Assembly: GCA_038062455.1 (NCBI GenBank)
Contig: JBBTXE010000001.1
Coordinates: 250,371-314,370, forward strand
Reading direction: 5' to 3'
Origin: Patescibacteria group bacterium
GTDB taxonomy: Bacteria > Patescibacteriota > Microgenomatia > UBA12405
DNA: 64,000 bases
The notes below the pieces were generated by a model. That model searched no databases. It was given only the letters and a program-made list of their open reading frames with translations, and had not been told where the DNA came from. A program made the position numbers and the translations under genes. Below, piece by piece: positions 9,664 through 18,515 of the stretch. Position 1 is the stretch's first letter, and every line of letters begins with the position of its first letter.

Positions 9664-11249
9664 AAAGACTAACAAATATCTTACCGGTTCTATTAATAAT
9701 TTTATTGGCTTTTCTTCTTACTTGGCGTCTAATGCGTCCGGGATTCTTTTCCATGCAGGACGACCTTCATTTGTTTCGTCTTTCTGAATTTAATCTTTGC
9801 CTAAAATCCGGTCAAATTCCTTGCCGCTATTCACCCAATTCAGCCCTGGGTTTCGGCGCGCCTATTTTTAATTTTTATCCTTCTTTTACCTACGGACTGG
9901 CCGAAATCTTTCATCTTTCGGGATTTTCTCTAATAAACAGTCTCAAAATAATCTATATCCTCCCGCTCTTTTTCGGTCCAATATATTTATATTTATTCAC
10001 CAAAAAATATTTCGGTGCTAATGGGGGATTAATTTCTGCTTTTCTTTTTGCCCTAGCCCCTTATCAGGCCGTTAACCTTTACGTTCGCGGAGCCTTAGCC
10101 GAACATTTTGCTCTAAATTTAGTTCCGGTAATTTTTTTCTACTTTTACCGGAAAAAAACTAAAACTACTATCATTCTGCTAAGCTGTCTTCTTTTAACCC
10201 ATCAGCTTACCACCCTCTACTGCCTCCCGCTTTTATTTTTATTTTCCCTTTTTCAAAGAAAAATCAAGTGTTTTTTCTCGGTCGTTTTGTGGTCAACACT
10301 TTTATGCGCCTTTTTTCTCCTTCCTTCCTTCATTGAAAAAAATCTTACCACCAATATAACTATGACCCAGGGCTACTTTAACTATATAAACCACTTCACC
10401 ACATTAAAACAATTGTTTTTCGACCGTTTCTGGGGTTATGGAGCCTCACTTTGGGGGCCAAAGGATGATATGTCCTTTCAGATCGGTCTGATTCAATGGT
10501 TATTGCCCTTACTGGCGCTTTTTTTTGCCTTTCGAAAAAATCAAAAAAATAAATATACCATTTTAACAGTGTTATTTATAGGTTTCTTTTTTCTATTTCT
10601 GACTCACAACAAATCAACCTTTATTTGGCATCTTTTTCCGATTATGGCTTATTTTCAATTTCCCTGGCGCCTTCTTGGTCCTGCCCTGCTTTGTCTTTGC
10701 TTTGTCTCTGCCTCCCTTAAACCAAATAAGTTTTTCTTAATACTTATCATCCTATCATCTTTTTATCTTAACTATTCCTATTTTCGGGAGGACATTTGGT
10801 TTAATAATCTCTCCGACACTCAAAAACTAACCGGCGCCAACCTTGTCGCTCAACAAGGGGCCGGCTTGAAAGATTTTTACCCCAAATTTTCACTTGAGTA
10901 TCCCCAAAACCCATCATCAAATATACCTATTCTCGTTAATGGAGTGGTTCAACTGGGAGATTTTCAAAAAAACAGCACCGTCGCTTCGGGGAATATATTT
11001 GTCAATTCACCTGCCTCGACCATTAATTTACCGATCGCCTATTTTCCCAGAATGGAATTACGTCTCGATGGTCAAAAAAGCTCCTATCGGATTGACCCAA
11101 TATTAGGCCTAATTCAATTTGATCTACCCCAAGGCAGGCACTACTTTTATCTTCGCTTTTCTGATACCCCGATACGTTCTATTGCCAATCTAATTTCTGT
11201 CTTCACCCTTCTTGCCTTTATAATAAAAATAATCCGTGACCAAAAATAA
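9660..11249 (+). CDS. Polytopic membrane protein, YfhO/COG5617-like putative GT-C
   Basis: 529 aa. The loop after TM1, FFSMQDDLHLFRLSEF..GQIPCRYSP, resembles the D-x-x-H-x-x-R loop I recall from YfhO-type proteins (not searched). About 140 aa C-terminal soluble domain. Confidence 0.4.
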   Translation: MKRLTNILPVLLIILLAFLLTWRLMRPGFFSMQDDLHLFRLSEFNLCLKSGQIPCRYSPNSALGFGAPIFNFYPSFTYGLAEIFHLSGFSLINSLKIIYILPLFFGPIYLYLFTKKYFGANGGLISAFLFALAPYQAVNLYVRGALAEHFALNLVPVIFFYFYRKKTKTTIILLSCLLLTHQLTTLYCLPLLFLFSLFQRKIKCFFSVVLWSTLLCAFFLLPSFIEKNLTTNITMTQGYFNYINHFTTLKQLFFDRFWGYGASLWGPKDDMSFQIGLIQWLLPLLALFFAFRKNQKNKYTILTVLFIGFFFLFLTHNKSTFIWHLFPIMAYFQFPWRLLGPALLCLCFVSASLKPNKFFLILIILSSFYLNYSYFREDIWFNNLSDTQKLTGANLVAQQGAGLKDFYPKFSLEYPQNPSSNIPILVNGVVQLGDFQKNSTVASGNIFVNSPASTINLPIAYFPRMELRLDGQKSSYRIDPILGLIQFDLPQGRHYFYLRFSDTPIRSIANLISVFTLLAFIIKIIRDQK

Positions 11250-12834
11250 GATTTTCTTTCTGGTTATTTTAATTCTGGCCGCCTTTTTCCGCTTTTGGCA
11301 GTTAAATAAACTTCCATTATCCCCAAACTGGGATGAAATCTCCCATGGTTATAACGCCTTCTCCCTTTTAAAAACCGGCCAGGATCAGTGGGGGAGTACC
11401 TGGCCGCTTTTTAACTTTCGCGCCTACGGCGATTATCCGACCGCCCTTAATCTCTACCTTACCCTCCCTTTTGTCGCCTTTCTTGGATTAAACACCTTGT
11501 CCCTAAGGCTTCCGGCCGCTATATTGGGACTTGCCTTTACTATTGTTGTCTATTTTCTGGCCCGGCTTTTTACCAAAAACCGATCCTTAAGTCTAATTGC
11601 TTTTGCTATCGCTGCTTTTTCACCTTGGACTTTTTTTACCTCCCGGGCAGTATTTCAATCCAACCCGGCTCAGTTTTTTTTAAGTTTGGGAATTCTTTTA
11701 TTTCTTTTATCCAAAAATAATCAAAAATATCAGATACTTTCTGCTCTGTCTCTTGGACTTTCCATGTATTCCTATCACAACTCCCGGATAGCTGCTCCCC
11801 TAATTTTTTTCTCTCTTCTTTTGATCTATCGTCAATTTAATAAAAAAAATCTTTTGTTTATCATCGTCTTTCTGATCCTGGCCGTCCCCAATCTTATCAA
11901 CTTATTTTCTCCTGAATCTTTGGTCCGAAACCGTTGGGTGGGAATAATCAATCCCATCTCTGTCAATATAATCAACGAACGTCGTCGCCTGTTTGAAGGA
12001 CCGGTTTTATTAAACCTTCTCGCCAACAATAAAGTTACTTATTTTGGCAGTCAGTTCACCTCAAATCTACTAAACTTTCTAAACCCGGTACCCCTATTTT
12101 TTACCGGCAGTCAAAATTATCAGTTTAATCCGCCCCGAACCGGCCTTCTTTTTGTTTTTCTTCTACCCTTTTTTTATCTTGGACTTATAGTCTCTTTAAA
12201 AAAAGTTGCTAACAACCGACACCGCCTCTTTCTTATAGCTGCCCTCCTAATCTCCTTTATACCGGCCGCCCTCACTACCGGCGATTTCCCCTCTGTCCGT
12301 CTGACCATCGCCACCCCATTTATTTATCTTTTTATTACTATCGGTTTTTCTCCAATTACCGCTAAAACCAAGGGTTATCTTTTACCACTTTTTTTAATAC
12401 TTACCTTAACTTTCTTTTTTAATTATTGGAAAAATTATCAAAATTATGTCCAAAACTATGCCTTCGCCTGGCAATACGGCCACGAGGAAACCGTAAACTA
12501 TCTAAAATCTCAATATCCCAAATATGACCAGATAATATTCACCAAAAAATACGGTGAGCCCCACCAATTTATCCTCTTTTACTGGCCTTGGGACCCGGCT
12601 TCATATCAAAAAGATCCCCGACTAAACACTGATTTTCACGCCGACTGGTATTGGGTTAACGCCTTTGACAAATTTGTTTTCGTCAATGATTGGGAAGTAA
12701 AAAATTATTTCTTTAAACCCCGCACTCTTTTAGTAACCAGTCCGGGGAATTATCCTTCCTTAAATTCACAACTTCAAAAAACGATAAACTACCCCGATTT
12801 GACACCGGTGTTTGACATTGTTTCCTATGATTAA
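11236..12834 (+). CDS. PMT/ArnT-type GT-C membrane glycosyltransferase, paralog 5
   Basis: 532 aa with a GTG start. Motifs WDEISHGYNAF, TGQDQWGSTWPL..YGDYP, SPWTFFTSRAVFQSN, YSYHNSRI, and the C-terminal block YGEPHQFILFYWPWDP. Confidence 0.8.
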   Translation: MTKNKIFFLVILILAAFFRFWQLNKLPLSPNWDEISHGYNAFSLLKTGQDQWGSTWPLFNFRAYGDYPTALNLYLTLPFVAFLGLNTLSLRLPAAILGLAFTIVVYFLARLFTKNRSLSLIAFAIAAFSPWTFFTSRAVFQSNPAQFFLSLGILLFLLSKNNQKYQILSALSLGLSMYSYHNSRIAAPLIFFSLLLIYRQFNKKNLLFIIVFLILAVPNLINLFSPESLVRNRWVGIINPISVNIINERRRLFEGPVLLNLLANNKVTYFGSQFTSNLLNFLNPVPLFFTGSQNYQFNPPRTGLLFVFLLPFFYLGLIVSLKKVANNRHRLFLIAALLISFIPAALTTGDFPSVRLTIATPFIYLFITIGFSPITAKTKGYLLPLFLILTLTFFFNYWKNYQNYVQNYAFAWQYGHEETVNYLKSQYPKYDQIIFTKKYGEPHQFILFYWPWDPASYQKDPRLNTDFHADWYWVNAFDKFVFVNDWEVKNYFFKPRTLLVTSPGNYPSLNSQLQKTINYPDLTPVFDIVSYD

Positions 12835-14353
12835 AAATACCCTGATTTTTATTACTATGGCCGCCTTTCTTGTCCGTTTTATTAACTTCCGTTATCCGCC
12901 GCTCTTATGGGATGAAGCCGCTATCGGCTACAACGCCTACTCCCTTCTCCAAACCGGAAAAGATGAATATGGCCGTTTTTTCCCTTTAATTTTTAAATCC
13001 TTCGGAGACTATAAACCGGGGCTCTATATCTACGCCGCCATCCCCTTGGTGGCTATTTTTGGTCTAAATGAACTTTCGGTTCGTCTTCCTTCTATTATCG
13101 CCGGTTCACTCTTGCCTCTATTATTCTTTCTTTTAATTAAAAAAATATTTCCTAAAAATGATAAATTCGCTTTAATTGCCGCTCTTCTTCTGGCCTTAAA
13201 TCCCTGGAACATTCATTTTTCCCGGGGAGCCTGGGAAACAAACCTACTTCTTTTTGAACTTGTTTTAGCTTGTCTTCTTTTCCTAAACAAACGTTTCCTG
13301 TTATCAGCCATATTTATGGGTCTTGGACTCTACACCTATCAAGCCGCCAAGTTATTAGTGCCGCTTATTTCACTATTGCTCATTATCCAAACCCGCAAAT
13401 TTACCAAATCATATTTTGTAACTCTTTTTATTTTAGCTATTCCGGCTATTTATGGTCTCGTCTTCGGTTCTGATTCCAACCGACTAAAAGTAATGAGTCT
13501 CTTTTCCTATCATCGGCCCCAAACTGAAATCAATCAAATTATAGCTGAATCAAATCCTCTTGATTACCGGCTTTTTTATTCCCACCCCATTTTCTTTTTC
13601 AGAAACTTTCTTACCCGCTATTTTAACCACTTCTCCCCCCGTTTCCTTATTTTTGAAGGTGACTGGCAAACTGCTCGGCACTCGGCTCCATATATAGGAG
13701 TCATTCTCTTCCCCACCTTTTTCTTTTTTATTTGGGGTTTTCTCCTTTCACTTAAAAACTGGCGCCGGCATCGATTTTTCTGGCTCTGGCTTATTTTTTC
13801 CCCGATTCCCGCCGCTCTCTCACTTGATATTATTCAACCGGTCAGAAATTTTGCCCTATCACTCCCCATAATCTACTTTGCCGCTCTTAGTCTAAGTCAA
13901 TTAAATAAAAAACATCTTAAATATATATTCCTTATTTATCTTTTTTCTTTTATCTATTACCTCGAGCTTTATTCCCACCATTTAACCAAAATAAAACCGG
14001 AACAATGGCTGATCGGTTACCGGGAAGCAGTTGAATATGTTCTAAAAAATGGTCAAACTCGTCAAATAGTATTTACGCCTTTTTACGGCCAGCCCTATAT
14101 TTATTATCTTTTTTATTCAAATTATCCACCTGCCCGCTACCAACCCCAAGCTCAATTAACCGTCAACGGTGTCGATACCGGGACAGTCGACCGAATCGAC
14201 GATATCTTGTTTCAATCACCGGACATCCGATCCCTAAACTCACGATCATCACCGGTTTTAGCTATTATTTCCTATGATGAAATTATCCGTCAAGGTTTAA
14301 ACCCAAATGATTTTTTAAAACTTAGCCCCCTATTCTATGTCTACCAAAATTAA
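12812..14353 (+). CDS. PMT/ArnT-type GT-C membrane glycosyltransferase, paralog 6
   Basis: 513 aa. Motifs WDEAAIGYNAYSLLQTGKDEYGRFFPLIFKSFGDYKPG, NPWNIHFSRGAWETN, YTYQAAKL and YGQPYIYYLFYSNYPP. ATG 12827 is an alternative start. Confidence 0.8.
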   Translation: MTLFPMIKNTLIFITMAAFLVRFINFRYPPLLWDEAAIGYNAYSLLQTGKDEYGRFFPLIFKSFGDYKPGLYIYAAIPLVAIFGLNELSVRLPSIIAGSLLPLLFFLLIKKIFPKNDKFALIAALLLALNPWNIHFSRGAWETNLLLFELVLACLLFLNKRFLLSAIFMGLGLYTYQAAKLLVPLISLLLIIQTRKFTKSYFVTLFILAIPAIYGLVFGSDSNRLKVMSLFSYHRPQTEINQIIAESNPLDYRLFYSHPIFFFRNFLTRYFNHFSPRFLIFEGDWQTARHSAPYIGVILFPTFFFFIWGFLLSLKNWRRHRFFWLWLIFSPIPAALSLDIIQPVRNFALSLPIIYFAALSLSQLNKKHLKYIFLIYLFSFIYYLELYSHHLTKIKPEQWLIGYREAVEYVLKNGQTRQIVFTPFYGQPYIYYLFYSNYPPARYQPQAQLTVNGVDTGTVDRIDDILFQSPDIRSLNSRSSPVLAIISYDEIIRQGLNPNDFLKLSPLFYVYQN

Positions 14354-15902
14354 ACTCTTTGTCATATTAATACTCGCCTTCCTAATCCGCAGTTGGAGTA
14401 TAAATTCCCTTCCCTCTCTTAACCCCGACGAAGCCGCTCTTGGATACAACGCCTACTCATTACTTCAAACCGGTCGCGATGAACACGGGGAAGCGTGGCC
14501 GATTCATTTTAAATCTTTTGGAGATTACAAACCCGGAGGATATGTCTATCTGGCTTTACCGTCGATAAAACTTCTTGGTCTTACCCCTTTTGCTATTCGT
14601 CTCCCCAACCTCATCTTTTCCATTCTAACAATCTTTGTCCTCTATCGTCTCGTTCTCCTTTTGACTTTTGACTTTAGACTTTCACTTCTTTCTGCCTTTG
14701 TTTTAACCCTTTCCCCTTGGCACATTCATTTTTCCCGCGGAGCCTGGGAAAGCAACACCGCCCTTTTTTTTATTTTAATTGGCCTTTATTGGTTTTACCG
14801 CTATTTACTTGATAAAAAATGGTTTTTTCTATTTCTTTTTCCGTTACCCTTGGTTATTTCTCTTTATACCTATCACTCAGCCAGACTAATAGTACCGGTT
14901 CTTTTCACCACCCTGATTATTTTTAACCTCAAAAAATTTCTTACCAAAAACGCCTTTCTTTCTTGCTGGCTGGCTCTTCTTTTCATCTTACCACTTATCA
15001 TCTCTTTCGTCAGTATCGGCACCTCCCGACTCAGCGGTGTGGGTCTGACAGCCGACAGAGGACCCCTTTCCCGCTCTGAAGAACTATTAAATCAACACCC
15101 GGCTTTTACTTATTTTGACCGTGTTATTCACAATAAACGGCTGCTCTATCTTCTTTCCTGGGGTCAAAAATATCTTTCCCATTTTGATTTAAATTTTCTC
15201 TTTCTAACCGGCGATGAAGTTCCCCGGTCTAAAAGCCCGGATATGGGTCAGCTTTATTTGTTTGAGCTGCCGTTAATAATTTTAGGACTGTCATTCCTGT
15301 ATAAACAACCGTCATTCCCGCGAAAGCGGGAACCTAATTCATTTAAAGCTCTAAAGCTCTTCCTGTTCTCTTTTCTCTTGACTGCCCCCCTGGCCTCTTC
15401 CCTGACCTTTCAATCACCCTCAGCCCTCCGATCACTCTCCCTTGTCTTGCCGCTGTCAATTCTAACCTCACTTGGCCTATTTTCTCTTAAAAAACTAAGA
15501 CATATAAAACCTTTAATATTTATCGTCTATTTTGTCTCATTTATCTATTTTGCCGACGCCTATTTTATCCACGCTCCCCGTCGTTACCCCTTTGCCTGGA
15601 ATAGCGGCTTCTCCGATATTATTCCTTTTATTGAATCTCAAAAAAACTCTTTTAAAAAAATCTATTTTACTTCGAAATACGATCAACCCTATATTCTCTA
15701 TTTGTTTTTTTCAAAATATCCCCCGGAAAATTTACAATCCCAAATCAATCTATCCCCGCCGGATATTTTTGGTTTTTCAACCGTTTCCACAATCGACAAC
15801 ATCACCTTTTCCATTCCCGATGAAATACCACCCGGCTCGCTGGTTGTCGACAGCTCCGATTTACAAAATACCGGCCAAAGCTTTAAACTATACATAAAAT
15901 AA
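14337..15902 (+). CDS. PMT/ArnT-type GT-C membrane glycosyltransferase, paralog 7 (carries an in-frame hairpin insertion)
   Basis: 521 aa. Motifs PDEAALGYNAYSLLQTGRDEHGEAWPIHFKSFGDYKPG, SPWHIHFSRGAWESN, YTYHSARL, NFLFLTGDE and YDQPYILYLFFSKYPP. Confidence 0.8.
   Translation: MSTKIKLFVILILAFLIRSWSINSLPSLNPDEAALGYNAYSLLQTGRDEHGEAWPIHFKSFGDYKPGGYVYLALPSIKLLGLTPFAIRLPNLIFSILTIFVLYRLVLLLTFDFRLSLLSAFVLTLSPWHIHFSRGAWESNTALFFILIGLYWFYRYLLDKKWFFLFLFPLPLVISLYTYHSARLIVPVLFTTLIIFNLKKFLTKNAFLSCWLALLFILPLIISFVSIGTSRLSGVGLTADRGPLSRSEELLNQHPAFTYFDRVIHNKRLLYLLSWGQKYLSHFDLNFLFLTGDEVPRSKSPDMGQLYLFELPLIILGLSFLYKQPSFPRKREPNSFKALKLFLFSFLLTAPLASSLTFQSPSALRSLSLVLPLSILTSLGLFSLKKLRHIKPLIFIVYFVSFIYFADAYFIHAPRRYPFAWNSGFSDIIPFIESQKNSFKKIYFTSKYDQPYILYLFFSKYPPENLQSQINLSPPDIFGFSTVSTIDNITFSIPDEIPPGSLVVDSSDLQNTGQSFKLYIK
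15315..15332. repeat. Perfect GC-rich hairpin (7-bp stem TTCCCGC/GCGGGAA, GAAA loop) inside a CDS; possible miniature palindromic insertion
   Basis: Read directly: ttcccgc-gaaa-gcgggaa. It encodes PSFPRKREP within a loop that is 7-9 residues longer than in the aligned paralogs. TCATT occurs at 15312-15316 and 15339-15343, 27 nt apart. Confidence 0.6.
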
Positions 15903-15903
15903 T

Positions 15904-16662
15904 ATGATTTCATCACTTTCCGTCGCCATTGCCACTCACAACGAGGCCGAAAATATAAAAAACTGCCTGGACTCAATTAATAAACTGGCCGACGAAATTA
16001 TCATCTACGATGGCCAGTCAACCGACCAAACCGTTGCTAATGCCAAAAAATATAAAAAGGTAAAAATAATTTCCGGTCCAAATCACCCTCTTTTTCACCT
16101 TAATAAACAAACGGCTATCGATGCCTGTACCTCCGATTGGATACTCCAACTTGACGCTGACGAAGTAGTTACCCCAAATTTAGCCAAAGAAATTAAACAA
16201 ATAATTTCTAACACTAAATTTGACGGTTTCTGGATTAAACGGAAATCTTTCTTTTTAGGAAAGTTTTTGACCAAAGGCGGTGTCTATCCCGATCCCACTC
16301 TCCGTCTTTATCGAAAAGGAAAAGGCCGCCTACCCTGCCTTGATGTCCATGAACAGGCTGTTGTTGATGGGCCGGCTGATCAACTTCAAAACGACCTTCT
16401 TCATTATGCTGACCCGACTTTTGAACGTTTCCTATTTAGAAATAACCGTTATAGTACTCTTCTCGCTACCCAAATCCAAAATCCCTCATTTGTCGACTAT
16501 TTCTTCCTAAAACCTTTGGTAACCTTTTTTTCTCTTTATCTTCGTCACCGGGGATACGTCGACGGCTTCCCCGGCTTTATCTTTGCTTTCTACTCCGCTC
16601 TTCGATTTCCTGCCGCCTACGTTAAACACTGGGAGCTAATCCATGCCAAAAATCGCCATTAA
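15904..16662 (+). CDS. Family-2 glycosyltransferase
   Basis: 252 aa. Motifs LSVAIATHNEAENIKNCL, IIIYDGQSTDQT, and LQLDADE (the DxD region). Confidence 0.8.
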   Translation: MISSLSVAIATHNEAENIKNCLDSINKLADEIIIYDGQSTDQTVANAKKYKKVKIISGPNHPLFHLNKQTAIDACTSDWILQLDADEVVTPNLAKEIKQIISNTKFDGFWIKRKSFFLGKFLTKGGVYPDPTLRLYRKGKGRLPCLDVHEQAVVDGPADQLQNDLLHYADPTFERFLFRNNRYSTLLATQIQNPSFVDYFFLKPLVTFFSLYLRHRGYVDGFPGFIFAFYSALRFPAAYVKHWELIHAKNRH

Positions 16663-17722
16663 TGTCTCACCGCTCTCCGACGGTAATAAAATCCGTGGAA
16701 TCGGCTATTACACCAAAAACCTGGTTGACGCTCTTCAAAAGGAGATTAAAACTAATCTCAACTATTCTGATTTTCACATTGAATTAATTGAAAATTGTAA
16801 ATTGAAAATTGAAAATTACGATCTTATCCACTATCCCTATTTCGACCCCTTCAAGCTTACCCTTCACCCAACCGCTACTCCCTTTATTGTTACGGTTCAT
16901 GATCTAATTCCCCGGCAATTTAAAAGTCATTTTCCGGTTGGAATTCGCGGAGAAATAAAATGGCTTATCCAAAAACATCGTCTTAAAAAAGCCAAATGTA
17001 TTATTGTCCCCAGTCTTAACGCTAAATATTCAGTCAGTGATATTATAAATTACCCTTCTAACTTAATTTTTGTCACCACCTTAGCCGCCGATTCTTCTTT
17101 TCACCCAATCACCAACCAAAAAAAGCTGAAATCAATCAAAAAAAAGTATCAGTTGCCCAATAAATTTGTCCTATATGTCGGCGATTTAAACTGGAACAAA
17201 AATGTTCCCTCATTAGTTAATGCCTGTCTCCAACTTAATTATCCCCTGGTCATTGTCGGATCCGCTGCCGTTAAAAAAGTTGATCAAAATCCATGGAATA
17301 AGGATATTATTTGGCTTCAAACTTTAGCTCCAAAGTACCAAAGTTCTAAAACTCTAATCCTAACCGGTTTTGTCCCCGATACCGATCTTCCTTCAATTTT
17401 TAATCTAGCCACCCTTTATTGTCAACCTTCATTTGCCGAAGGTTTTGGTCTGCCCCTTCTTCAGGCTATGCAATCAGGTACACCCACCCTTTTTGCCAAC
17501 ACCTCATCTCTACCCGAAATTAGCTCCTTTTCCGGTCTTTCCTTTGACCCCAATTCTTTCTCTGATCTTCAAAAGAAAATATCAAAGCTCTGGACTAGTT
17601 CAAAACTAAGAGAAGAATATTCAAAAAAAGGGTTAGCCCGCTCATCTCACTTTTCCTGGAAATATACGGCCCGGCAAACCTTGGCAGTCTATAATTATTC
17701 CTGTATCGATGACCAAAAATAA
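16643..17722 (+). CDS. Family-4 (GT-B) glycosyltransferase
   Basis: 359 aa. C-terminal block PSFAEGFGLPLLQAMQSGTP, typical of Glycos_transf_1. Confidence 0.8.
   Translation: MPKIAINVSPLSDGNKIRGIGYYTKNLVDALQKEIKTNLNYSDFHIELIENCKLKIENYDLIHYPYFDPFKLTLHPTATPFIVTVHDLIPRQFKSHFPVGIRGEIKWLIQKHRLKKAKCIIVPSLNAKYSVSDIINYPSNLIFVTTLAADSSFHPITNQKKLKSIKKKYQLPNKFVLYVGDLNWNKNVPSLVNACLQLNYPLVIVGSAAVKKVDQNPWNKDIIWLQTLAPKYQSSKTLILTGFVPDTDLPSIFNLATLYCQPSFAEGFGLPLLQAMQSGTPTLFANTSSLPEISSFSGLSFDPNSFSDLQKKISKLWTSSKLREEYSKKGLARSSHFSWKYTARQTLAVYNYSCIDDQK
16788..16817 (+). repeat. Imperfect tandem heptamer repeat (TTGAAAA x4 plus TT) inside the GT4 CDS
   Basis: Reads ttgaaaa ttgtaaa ttgaaaa ttgaaaa tt and encodes IENCKLKIENY. 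It shares the 17-mer attgaaaattgaaaatt with 19793-19809. Confidence 0.6.
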
Positions 17723-18515
17723 AGAACATTTTTTATCAGTAATTGTCCCCGTCTATAAACAAGCCCAAACCATCCGTCAGGATATCTATTCAATTTTTGA
17801 TACTTTGGAACGAATCAGATATAGCTATGAATTGATTGTTGTCGTTGACGGTACCGAAGTCGACGACTCTTTTGCTGAAGCCAAGAAACTTCAATTAAAA
17901 AATCTAAAAGTCATCGGCTACGAACACAATCACGGCAAAGGCTATGCCCTCCGCTACGCTATGGCCAGATCCAAAGGCGATTATATCGCCTTTATCGATT
18001 CCGGCATGGAAATTGATCCCAATGGTCTGTCTTTAATACTTGAACACCTGGAGTGGTATCAGGCCGATATTATTGTCGGCTCCAAGCATCATCCGGCCTC
18101 TCTGGTTAATTATCCTTTGGAAAGAAAAATCATCTCCTTTGGAGCCTATTTATTCTCTCGCCTCCTTTTGGGAATAAATATTCACGACACTCAAGCCGGC
18201 CTAAAACTTTTTCGCCGCCCGGTTTTAGAAAAAGTTCTCCCCCGATTATTAATAAAAAACTATGCCATTGATTTGGAACTTCTTTCCGTTGCCAACCGGC
18301 TTGGATTCACCCGTATTTACGAAGCTCCTATTAAACTAAACTATAACTTTAATAGTCTGACCCACGCTTCCGGTCTTAAAATAATATTTAAATGCTTAGT
18401 TGATGCTCTGGCGGTTTTTTATCGTCTTAAAATACTTCACTACTACGATGACCGAAACCGTCGCCGCTGGATTTACAATCCAGAGCTGGACATGAGAATT
18501 AATACCGGACGCTAA
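17709..18515 (+). CDS. Family-2 glycosyltransferase (polyprenyl-phosphate sugar synthase-like)
   Basis: 268 aa. Motifs LSVIVPVYKQAQTI, ELIVVVDGTEVD, GKGYALRYAMARSKGDYIAFIDSGMEIDP. Confidence 0.75.
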   Translation: MTKNKEHFLSVIVPVYKQAQTIRQDIYSIFDTLERIRYSYELIVVVDGTEVDDSFAEAKKLQLKNLKVIGYEHNHGKGYALRYAMARSKGDYIAFIDSGMEIDPNGLSLILEHLEWYQADIIVGSKHHPASLVNYPLERKIISFGAYLFSRLLLGINIHDTQAGLKLFRRPVLEKVLPRLLIKNYAIDLELLSVANRLGFTRIYEAPIKLNYNFNSLTHASGLKIIFKCLVDALAVFYRLKILHYYDDRNRRRWIYNPELDMRINTGR

